Shown here: piece after piece, positions 26,530-33,858 of the stretch | Layout of the letters: each line of letters starts with the position of its first letter | Numbering within the stretch: position 1 is the first letter of the stretch | Origin: an uncultured Gammaproteobacteria bacterium | Lineage (GTDB): Bacteria > Patescibacteriota > Patescibacteriia > 2-12-FULL-57-11 | Assembly: GCA_964591635.1 (NCBI GenBank) | Contig: CAZQBA010000003.1 | Span: 1-39,704 of the forward strand | Reading direction: 5' to 3' | Length of the DNA stretch: 39,704 bases | The notes under the pieces: generated by a model | Told to the model about the DNA's origin: nothing | Databases searched by the model: none | Seen by the model: only the letters and a program-made list of their open reading frames with translations | Made by a program: the position numbers and the translations under genes

Positions 26530-27960
26530 CTACCTTCTTGCGATGGACAGATCCATGAGATGCCGTTCGGCGATGTGTTGGGCATTCTCACTGGCAATGC
26601 CGGTGTAGTTCGCCGGATCCCCAGAAAGAAGGGCCACCTGCTGTTCGTTGAACTTCTCCAGGTAGGGCGCCAGTGACGCGTCTTGTTGGGCGAGGGCAAA
26701 AAGGGATGTACCCTCTTCCAATGCTCGCCGCGACAACACCCGAACCGCTTCGTGACCATCGGGATGCCCATTGACGGACAGGAGCACCTGCAACGGCTCT
26801 GCCAAGAGTTGGTCGCCGGTCATGGCCAGGTTCGTTCGCATCCGGTTACGGAAGATACCGAGCTTGGACAGGATCCCCGCCATGCGGTTGTGCGCGTAGT
26901 GTGCGTACTCCAGGATCTCCCCGGTCGTGGCCCGCCCGGAGGCCGAACCAGTAAGGTCCCGCTGATGCTCGGACACCTGGTCCTCGTAGGCGACCGTGAG
27001 GCGACCACGCACCGTCTTCCAGATCGACTCGGTGTTCTCGTTGCCGATCGGGTTCTTCTTCTGCGGCATGGTGGACGAGCCGACCTGGGCCCCATCCTGC
27101 GACTCCATGACCTCGCCGATCTCTGTTCGTTGGAGATGGCGGAGGTCGCGGGCCAGATTCGCCAAGACGCCGCAGGAGATGACCACCTCCGACAACATCC
27201 GGAGCAGTGGTTCGGGTGGCGCGATTTGCGTTGAAGCTTCGGCCGGATGAAGTCCTAAGCGCCGGAGCACTCGCTCCTCGAAACGAAGCGGGTCGAGTCC
27301 GAGTGCATGGGTGGCGTTGTAGCAGCCCACTGCCCCCGAGAACTTGGACCGGAGCCCGGCAACGGCAGATTGCGTGGTGCGAATGACCGCACACAACCGG
27401 GACCCAAAACCGGCCAGATACATGCCGAAGGAACCCGGCTCCGCATGCTGCCCATGAGTCCGGAAGACCTGCTTGGTACCAGCTTCGGCCAGAGCTGTGG
27501 TGCAGAGTTGCGTAGCGGTCCGCTCCTGCGCCGGGATGAAGGCGGCCCGCATGAAGTCCTGGTAACGCCAAATGTTGGCCGTGGTGATGATGTCGTAGGA
27601 GGTGGCTGGCACGTGCAGGAAGCACTTCCGTTCGGAACCCATCCGGCGGCCGAGGACATTCACCAAGGCGCGGATGTCGTGACGGATGCGCTCTTCCTCC
27701 TCATACACTTCCCGGGTGAATATCTCAGCAGCCTCGTCGTCATCCAAGGCCGTGACGACCTTCGTGAGTTCGACTACGGCTTCTCCCGGCGCCACGCCGA
27801 ACTCCACCAATGTCTCCAAGAGGGCGAGCTCGACACGCGCTAGGCGGCGCATGTACTCCACCTCGGACAGGTAGGCCTGCGATTCCTCCGTCAGGTACCG
27901 AAATCCCGATGGGGAAACGCCCCAGAAATTACGACGTTTCTTCCCTTTCGATTTCATCAT
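26530..27960 (-). CDS. purB: Adenylosuccinate lyase (fumarate-lyase superfamily)
   Basis: Signature GSSTMPQKKNP, plus SKFSGAVGCYNA and a PurB-like N-terminus (RY...E..YL...). The start is set at the ATG at 27960, preceded by GGAAAGGGGAG. A 7-bp hairpin (CCGGACA/UGUCCGG, 27970-27987) lies just upstream. Confidence 0.85.
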   Translation of the reverse strand: MMKSKGKKRRNFWGVSPSGFRYLTEESQAYLSEVEYMRRLARVELALLETLVEFGVAPGEAVVELTKVVTALDDDEAAEIFTREVYEEEERIRHDIRALVNVLGRRMGSERKCFLHVPATSYDIITTANIWRYQDFMRAAFIPAQERTATQLCTTALAEAGTKQVFRTHGQHAEPGSFGMYLAGFGSRLCAVIRTTQSAVAGLRSKFSGAVGCYNATHALGLDPLRFEERVLRRLGLHPAEASTQIAPPEPLLRMLSEVVISCGVLANLARDLRHLQRTEIGEVMESQDGAQVGSSTMPQKKNPIGNENTESIWKTVRGRLTVAYEDQVSEHQRDLTGSASGRATTGEILEYAHYAHNRMAGILSKLGIFRNRMRTNLAMTGDQLLAEPLQVLLSVNGHPDGHEAVRVLSRRALEEGTSLFALAQQDASLAPYLEKFNEQQVALLSGDPANYTGIASENAQHIAERHLMDLSIARR

Positions 27961-28009
27961 CTCCCCTTTCCGGACACGATTGTCCGGGCAGGACAGTAGC
28001 ACGCGTTTC

Positions 28010-28069
28010 TAGAAAAACAAAACCCCGCCCCGCCATTCTATTCGTAAGAAGTGGAGGGCGGGGCGGGGT
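28010..28069 (-). terminator. Intrinsic terminator after the DUF975-like gene
   Basis: Perfect 13-bp stem ACCCCGCCCCGCC (28022-28034) / GGCGGGGCGGGGU (28057-28069). On the minus-strand RNA it is followed by UUUUGUUUUUCU. Confidence 0.75.
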
Positions 28070-28087
28070 TGAGTGTGCAGGTGATGA

Positions 28088-28783
28088 TTAGACCGTCGGC
28101 GCAGGGGTGGGGTGCGGGAATGCGGCGTGGCGGTTGCGCAGCTGGGTGTAGACGTGGGCGCAGGCCAAGCCAGAGAGCGGGATGGTGATGAGGAGCCCCA
28201 GGCCCAGGGCCAGAACGCCCAAGATGTTAATGCCAAAGAGGGCCAGGCCGAAGACGAAAAGGTCCCATTTGGCACCGCGGGTCAGATCCATGCTCTCCTG
28301 GAGCGCGAGGAGCGGACCCACATTCTTCTCAATCATGATGTACGGGTAGAACTGGAACATCAGGGTCACGATGATACCTGGGATGATGAGGAACAGATAC
28401 CCGATCATGGCCATGAGCCCGTACAGGAACGCGGCCAACATGTAATAGACGTACTGGAGGAACGATGATTTGAGGTCGGCGTATCCAGTTGGGACAGCCG
28501 TGACGGATTTGAGGAAGATCCGTTTGATGCCGAACTCCAGGTACGACGAGAGCAGGCTCGCGGCCAGCCCGACCAGCATAAGAAGCGCGCCGACCAAGGC
28601 AAAGACCGGAGAGGATTGGTCTGCGTCAGCGTTCCGCACCCCCATGCGGTACAAGAAATCAAACATCTGAGGGAGCACCGTCACGCCAAAGACAATGGCT
28701 TGGAGCGACAGGATGTATATAAAGTGGTTCAGCGTGGTTTTCCAGCCGAACTGAACGGCGTTCCCGATGGAGATAGTAGCCAT
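28088..28783 (-). CDS. Integral membrane protein, DUF975-like
   Basis: 231 aa with about 5-6 TM segments. The N-terminal GNAVQFGWKTTLNHF and the ESMDLTRGAKWDLFVFGL pattern recall the DUF975/YciC-like family. Confidence 0.55.
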   Translation of the reverse strand: MATISIGNAVQFGWKTTLNHFIYILSLQAIVFGVTVLPQMFDFLYRMGVRNADADQSSPVFALVGALLMLVGLAASLLSSYLEFGIKRIFLKSVTAVPTGYADLKSSFLQYVYYMLAAFLYGLMAMIGYLFLIIPGIIVTLMFQFYPYIMIEKNVGPLLALQESMDLTRGAKWDLFVFGLALFGINILGVLALGLGLLITIPLSGLACAHVYTQLRNRHAAFPHPTPAPTV

Positions 28784-28831
28784 AGGAAGAGATGAGTAAT
28801 GACTTTATGATGGAACGAACAGCGCGGGACG

Positions 28832-30403
28832 TCAACGCGGCCGACGCTGGCCGCCATGGCCGCCGCGCCCCCCACCGTGCCCGCCACGGTTAAACTTGCG
28901 TCCGCCGAACTTGCCGCCGCCGGACCGGCGGTTCTGTTGGCCGGGAATCGGGCCGATCGGTTTCCGGCTCTCCCAGAACGATTCCACGCCCGGCAGTGCG
29001 CCGGGGTTGGGTGGGGCAATGGGAATGTACGGTGTACTTCCGCCGGTCGCACGACGCGGACCGCCGAAATTGCCGCGCTGATCCGGACGCCGCTTGCCGC
29101 GGACGGAGCCAGGCATGAAGCCCCAGGTTTCGTCGGGCGTGCCCGGCCGGTTGGTGGGACGGCGCTGGGCGGTGTTGGCGTGCGGGCGTTGGAACGGCCG
29201 GCCGTGCGGCATGTGTGTAGCAGTGTGGGTGGGTGCGAGCGGGCGCGGGGTGCGAAGCGGTGGCGCCTTGGGGGCGAAGGCCGACAAACCGGATGGCAAC
29301 GGCGAGACCGGCACAGCTGCCTTAAGCAACCGTTCAATCGCCTTCAGATATTTCCGCTGGTCGGCCGAAACAAAGCTCGTGGCGTTCCCCGTAGTTTCCG
29401 CCCGGGCCGTGCGGCCGATGCGGTGCACGTAGTCTTCGGACACGGTGGGCAAATCGTAGTTGACGATGTGGGCGATGTTGGCCACATCAATGCCGCGGGC
29501 GGCGATGTCGGTGGCAATGAGAATGCGATGCTTGCCGCTCTTGAATCCTTCTAAGGCACGCAGGCGTTGGTTCAGGCTGCGGTTGGAATGGATACGCTCC
29601 ACTTTGTGGCCGGCGCCCATCACAATCTTGGCCACCTTGTCGGCTCGATGTTTTGTTCGCGTAAAGACCAACACCGTACCCGGCTCTTCGCCCAACAACC
29701 AGAGAAGCAGTTGGACCTTCTGTTGCTCTTCTACAAAGAACAGACGCTGGGAGACGCCAGCCGCCGTAGTGCCGCTCCGCGCGATTTCAATGCGCACCGG
29801 CTTCTGCATTTGGCCGTTGGCCAGCTGGGTAATTTCCGGCGGCATGGTGGCGGAAAAAAGCATGGTCTGACGCTGCTTGGGAAGAGCGGCAAAGATGCGC
29901 CGGATCTGCGGCCAGAAGCCCATGTCGAGCATACGGTCGGCTTCGTCCAAAACAACTATACTGAATTGGGAGAGGTCCAACGTCTTGCGTTCCATGTGGT
30001 CCAAGAGCCGACCTGGTGTGGCAATCACCACGTCTGGCCGGTTGCGGAGCGCCGTGATTTGCGGGCCCATGCCGGCGCCACCGATGACGACGGCCCGACG
30101 CACGCCCAAGCCGCGCGACAGTTTGGAAAACGTGTCGTCAATTTGGATGGCCAGCTCGCGTGTTGGGGCCATGATGAGCGAACGGGTGCCTTTGGTAGCC
30201 AACATGCGGGAGAGCATGGGCAGAGCAAAGGCCGCGGTCTTGCCCGTGCCAGTTTGGGCAATACCCACCACGTCACGGCCAGCCAAGGCCGGACGAATAG
30301 CTTCGGCTTGGATGGGCGTTGGCGTGAGATACCCGGCGGCTTCAACCGCCTGCAGAATTTTTGCCGGCAAGCCGAGTTCGGAAAACGATGTAGGAGTGTT
30401 CAT
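28832..30403 (-). CDS. DEAD-box ATP-dependent RNA helicase with a long Arg/Gly/Pro-rich C-terminal tail
   Basis: Q-motif FSELGL...GYLTPTPIQ, AQTGTGKTAAF, PTRELA, VLDEADRMLDMGF, SAT, ARGID and HRIGRTARA. The start is trimmed to the ATG at 30403 (MNTPTSF...). The tail ends GGGKFGGRKFNRGGHGGGRGGHGGQRRPR. Confidence 0.92.
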   Translation of the reverse strand: MNTPTSFSELGLPAKILQAVEAAGYLTPTPIQAEAIRPALAGRDVVGIAQTGTGKTAAFALPMLSRMLATKGTRSLIMAPTRELAIQIDDTFSKLSRGLGVRRAVVIGGAGMGPQITALRNRPDVVIATPGRLLDHMERKTLDLSQFSIVVLDEADRMLDMGFWPQIRRIFAALPKQRQTMLFSATMPPEITQLANGQMQKPVRIEIARSGTTAAGVSQRLFFVEEQQKVQLLLWLLGEEPGTVLVFTRTKHRADKVAKIVMGAGHKVERIHSNRSLNQRLRALEGFKSGKHRILIATDIAARGIDVANIAHIVNYDLPTVSEDYVHRIGRTARAETTGNATSFVSADQRKYLKAIERLLKAAVPVSPLPSGLSAFAPKAPPLRTPRPLAPTHTATHMPHGRPFQRPHANTAQRRPTNRPGTPDETWGFMPGSVRGKRRPDQRGNFGGPRRATGGSTPYIPIAPPNPGALPGVESFWESRKPIGPIPGQQNRRSGGGKFGGRKFNRGGHGGGRGGHGGQRRPR

Positions 30404-30451
30404 GAAATAAGTGAGAGTTGAGAGACCTGTTTTGCTCCATGCCGAGAGGCG

Positions 30452-30560
30452 GTCATTTTTGGATGGAGCGCAAGGCGCGGGGATGCGAGGAGCGAGGCGT
30501 ACTTTTTGTACGTTGAGCGACGAGCGGGGCCCCGCAACGCCGCGATCCGCCAAAAATGAC
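30452..30560 (-). promoter_or_regulatory. 109-nt extended imperfect palindrome in the helicase upstream region
   Basis: A perfect 11-bp closing stem GTCATTTTTGG / CCAAAAATGAC, about 15 further pairs, an apical CGTAC-TTTTT-GTACG, and a pyrimidine-rich internal loop. It starts 49 nt upstream of the helicase ATG. An adjacent 7-bp hairpin GTGGAAC/GTTCCAC lies at 30565-30585. Confidence 0.5.
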
Positions 30561-30846
30561 TGCCGTGGAACTTAAAAGGTTCCACCTCCTAATGAATCTG
30601 GTTTCGGCTAAAAGCCAAGTGGGTGCCCGCGCCGCCCACCCACGGGTGTGCGGTATAAGAGCCCGGGGTCTCCGTACGGAGCCCGGATTCTGCCTGCGCG
30701 GCATCCCGGCGGTCGGGCGTATGCCCGGCGTCAGGATGCGTTTTGGCAGAACTCCCATGAAAACAGGTTGTCCCGAAACCAAATTGCACAGAGAGCATGG
30801 AACCAGAACCAGCATAGCCCATCTATCCAACGAGTGCCAGTGCTGC

Positions 30847-31833
30847 CTATTCAGGGACGATACTCAGCATTTGAGTAAGGAGCGGTCGAATATCTCGACC
30901 GATTGCCGGATACACGGCGGTGCTAATCCACTCCTCCCCATCACGCATGGCGAATGTACGTCGAAGAATATCAGCGATCTTTCCACGTCCAAACCGATAT
31001 TCAACACGATCCCAGAAACAAGCCGCGGTGTAATAAGAATGCACCTTCGGTTCTGCGTTAAACTCGGCCGTATCGAGTTTCCGATACGGTATCACCGCAT
31101 CAGATCCAACAAGAACAAAACCGCTCCCACGACATTCACGTAAGTTCTCGGAAGCTGGGGTTCCGGGTTCTGCGCGGAACTTCTCCTCAATGTACTGCGC
31201 CAAACCCTCATTGAACCAATACGCTATCCGTGAGGTGTGGACGAACCGATGCAACTCTTCATGGCCACTCAAACATGCGGTCACGAAATCTGCATCAGAT
31301 CGTTTCCAATACACGTCGTCGCCAAAAAAACGATAATTCAAGTCACCTGCTGATTCAATGTTGTTTATAGGATAATCCGGCGCCTCGCCGCAACACGTAC
31401 TGATGCGAGTTGTTGGGTGGGATTTGTATACTAACGCAATAGTTGTTCCCAGATATGGTCGCACACCAATGTACCGCTCAATCTTTTCAGTGCAAACTTT
31501 AAGCTGATGAAGAGACATCCGGGCATAATCCCCTGCTGCTCGATCCGAAACAGTCACTTTATATCGACCGTCACTCAGTACTAAATTCCCTTCAACATCT
31601 ACACTGCTTCGTAAATCAGTAAATGTGAGTGCGTCCACGCGCTGTTTCCAAAGTGGTTTTGGAGTGACAACTGCCTTGGCTGGAATTCGTTTTTGAACGC
31701 GAGGAAGAGCGCTGGATCGCACTTTTTTCTGCAATGAGGGATATATCGCCCAGGCGGCCGCACCGACGAGTAGACACCCAACGACAGTGGCGGTAATGAC
31801 TTTCGTCCGTGTTTTTACCGACACTCTGGTCAT
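30847..31833 (-). CDS. Membrane-anchored putative zinc metallopeptidase (HExxH...NEGxA, peptidase-MA-like), lower-GC gene
   Basis: 328 aa with an N-terminal TM segment (VITATVVGCLLVGAAAWAI). GHEELHRFVHTSRIAYWFNEGLAQYIE matches the gluzincin HExxH-(x)n-E / WLNEGxA logic. My hand-counted GC of several lines is about 43-58% (mostly about 50%), against about 60-67% in the flanks. Confidence 0.6.
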   Translation of the reverse strand: MTRVSVKTRTKVITATVVGCLLVGAAAWAIYPSLQKKVRSSALPRVQKRIPAKAVVTPKPLWKQRVDALTFTDLRSSVDVEGNLVLSDGRYKVTVSDRAAGDYARMSLHQLKVCTEKIERYIGVRPYLGTTIALVYKSHPTTRISTCCGEAPDYPINNIESAGDLNYRFFGDDVYWKRSDADFVTACLSGHEELHRFVHTSRIAYWFNEGLAQYIEEKFRAEPGTPASENLRECRGSGFVLVGSDAVIPYRKLDTAEFNAEPKVHSYYTAACFWDRVEYRFGRGKIADILRRTFAMRDGEEWISTAVYPAIGRDIRPLLTQMLSIVPE

Positions 31834-31848
31834 GAGAGAATCATATAA

Positions 31849-33858
31849 TCATTTCGTTTTCTTCACAATCGTCCCATCCCAATCTGCGGGTGGGGCTTCG
31901 TTGAGGAAGCGTTCGCAGCGGGTGACGTAGAGTTGCGGGAGAGGATGGTGGGGGTGGGATTGAACCAAGGCAGCGAAGGCATCTTGGGCTTTGCCGAACT
32001 CGCGGCCGAGATAGAGGGAGCGGGCGGCAGAAAAGTCACGAACGAAATTTCGCATAGCGTCATCTGCCCGGCTCTCTTCTTCCACCACGGAAAAAATCTC
32101 CACGGGTTCATTTTTCCCCTTCACGGCCACGCGATCAATTGCCAAAAGCAGGAAATGATCACCAAGAGCTGCAGCCGTAGTTTCCGTGACCAAGATGTCA
32201 GTGCCGTAATCCTTGTTTAAGCCTTCCACGCGCGACCCCAGGTTCACGCTGTCCCCCATCACCGTGTAATCAAACCGTTTGGCACTCCCAATGTTGCCGA
32301 CCACCATGGGGCCGGTGTTCACGCCGACACCGACAGACAAATGCACATTGTGGGGGAAGGCTCCTTCGGCATTAAGTGCGGCCAAACGGCGACGCATGGC
32401 AAGCGCAGTCTCCACGGCATGCACGGCATGGTTGGCATCCGCGAGCGGTGCTCCCCAGAAAGCCATGATGGCGTCTCCCATGTACTTGTCGATGACGCCA
32501 TGATGGGCAAACACGATATCCGTCATCTCCGAGAGGTAGCGGTTGAGCACAGCCACCAATTCTTCGGGCTTCAATTTTTCCGAAAGCGAAGTGAAGCCGC
32601 GCAGGTCGGAAAAAAGCACCGACATGTCCTTGCGCTCGCCGCCCAAGGCCAGCATGTCTGGCTTGGCAATGAGTTCGGCAGCAACGGAAGGTGACACGTA
32701 GCGTTCCAAAATAGTCTGGGTGCGGGTCCGTTCTACCTTTTCCTGCACCAACCGTTGGAACAGGCCAACCACGGCCGCCAATATGCCGGCCATTGGGACA
32801 AAGAACACGTCCAACAACCAGCCGGCTTCCACTACTACAAACGCGGCAATCACATAGCCGGCACCCAACAGCCCCAAAAGTGGTACGGCCAGGCGCAGGC
32901 TCAAGCCCAGCACCAGCCCACCCACCAAAAGGATGGCGGCGAGGATGACCAGGTCGCGAATGAGTGGAGGGAGTTCTTGGAGCGTCTGCCCAGAGAGCGC
33001 CGTGGCAATGGCGTTGGCATGGACCTCAATGCCGGGCATGGGTTCGCGCTTTGCCGTGGGCGTGAGCAGGACGTCATGCAAGTCCGGTGCCGTGGCCCCG
33101 ATCATGACAATGGCGTCCCGGAATAAGGTGGCGTCCATCCGGCCGGCCAAAACGTCTGCGGCCGAGACCGTGGGGAAGGTGCCTTTGGGTCCGGCAAAGT
33201 GGACGAGGAAGACGCCGCCTCCAGCACATGCAGTGTTGGGCAGCGACGCCTCGCGGATCACGGCGCAGAAAAACGGCTGGTTGCGTTCGGCTGCCACGCC
33301 ACCCACGGTGAGCGGCAGGCGGCGGAAGACACCGTCCGCATCCGCTGGGGTGTTCACGAAGCCAAGCGTGCTCACGGCCGTCAGTTCGGGGATGGGTGTG
33401 ATGGGACGGACGGCAAGCGGCGCACTGGCTCCGGCCTGACGGACAAATGTGGCTTCCAAGGGCAGCACCACGTTGCCAGCCTGTTCTATAGCCGCGGCCA
33501 AGAGCGCATCATCACCGCAACGTTCTTCACCACGGTCGGCACTTGAACAGGTTGGTTCCGGAAAATTGACGTCGTAGCCGATGGCCCGCGCACCAGACGC
33601 AGCCACTTTTTCTATAAGCGCGGCATGCACATTCCGCCGCCACGGCCAGCGACCGACTTCGCGGATGGACGCGTCGTCGATGGCCACAACGACGATGCCC
33701 GGTGGCGGTTCGTAGCCGACCATGAGGACGTCCGAAAGCACACCGCGGGCCGAAGCAAATAAATGGAAGTGCGCGGCAGCAAGAACAAGCACGGCTACCG
33801 CAATGAGCGGCACGGCGCCGCCCAACACCTGTGTGGCCTTACCCGGCCGGCGCAACAT
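31849..33858 (-). CDS. CHASE2-sensor class III adenylate/guanylate cyclase
   Basis: 669 aa. CHASE2 N-terminus (VVVAIDDASIREVGRWPWRRNVHAALIEKV...GYDVNFPEP), then 3 TM segments, then the cyclase core. Core motifs are VLFSDLRGFTSLSE, KYMGDAIMAFWGAP, GVNTGPMVVGNIGS and YTVMGDSVNLGSRVEG. Confidence 0.88.
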   Translation of the reverse strand: MLRRPGKATQVLGGAVPLIAVAVLVLAAAHFHLFASARGVLSDVLMVGYEPPPGIVVVAIDDASIREVGRWPWRRNVHAALIEKVAASGARAIGYDVNFPEPTCSSADRGEERCGDDALLAAAIEQAGNVVLPLEATFVRQAGASAPLAVRPITPIPELTAVSTLGFVNTPADADGVFRRLPLTVGGVAAERNQPFFCAVIREASLPNTACAGGGVFLVHFAGPKGTFPTVSAADVLAGRMDATLFRDAIVMIGATAPDLHDVLLTPTAKREPMPGIEVHANAIATALSGQTLQELPPLIRDLVILAAILLVGGLVLGLSLRLAVPLLGLLGAGYVIAAFVVVEAGWLLDVFFVPMAGILAAVVGLFQRLVQEKVERTRTQTILERYVSPSVAAELIAKPDMLALGGERKDMSVLFSDLRGFTSLSEKLKPEELVAVLNRYLSEMTDIVFAHHGVIDKYMGDAIMAFWGAPLADANHAVHAVETALAMRRRLAALNAEGAFPHNVHLSVGVGVNTGPMVVGNIGSAKRFDYTVMGDSVNLGSRVEGLNKDYGTDILVTETTAAALGDHFLLLAIDRVAVKGKNEPVEIFSVVEEESRADDAMRNFVRDFSAARSLYLGREFGKAQDAFAALVQSHPHHPLPQLYVTRCERFLNEAPPADWDGTIVKKTK

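Noticed and set aside
28054-28069. G-tract run GGAGGGCGGGGCGGGG as a possible G-quadruplex
   Set aside because: It is exactly one arm of a perfect 13-bp terminator stem with the complementary C-tract 22 nt away. The duplex hairpin explains it.
28729-29554. ORFs 28729-29337 (-) and 28856-29554 (+) overlapping the helicase 3' region
   Set aside because: They lie in alternative frames of the extremely GC-rich RG/P tail coding region. Their translations are low-complexity Arg/Pro/Ala strings, and the helicase frame is continuous with the conserved core.
30404-30846. Possible RNase P RNA or tmRNA, based on words such as GCGGTATAAGAGC, GCACAGAGAGCA and, on the reverse strand, CAGAAUCCGGGCUC
   Set aside because: The universally conserved P4 sequence GAGGAAAGUCC is absent on both strands, and the similar words are in the wrong order for RNase P. 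There is no tRNA-like T-arm or CCA end for tmRNA. I kept the region only as an unidentified structured region.
30556-31143. 195-aa plus-strand ORF spanning the helicase upstream region and the 3' end of the peptidase-like gene
   Set aside because: It crosses a compositional boundary and overlaps a better-supported minus-strand gene. It has no motifs or start context.
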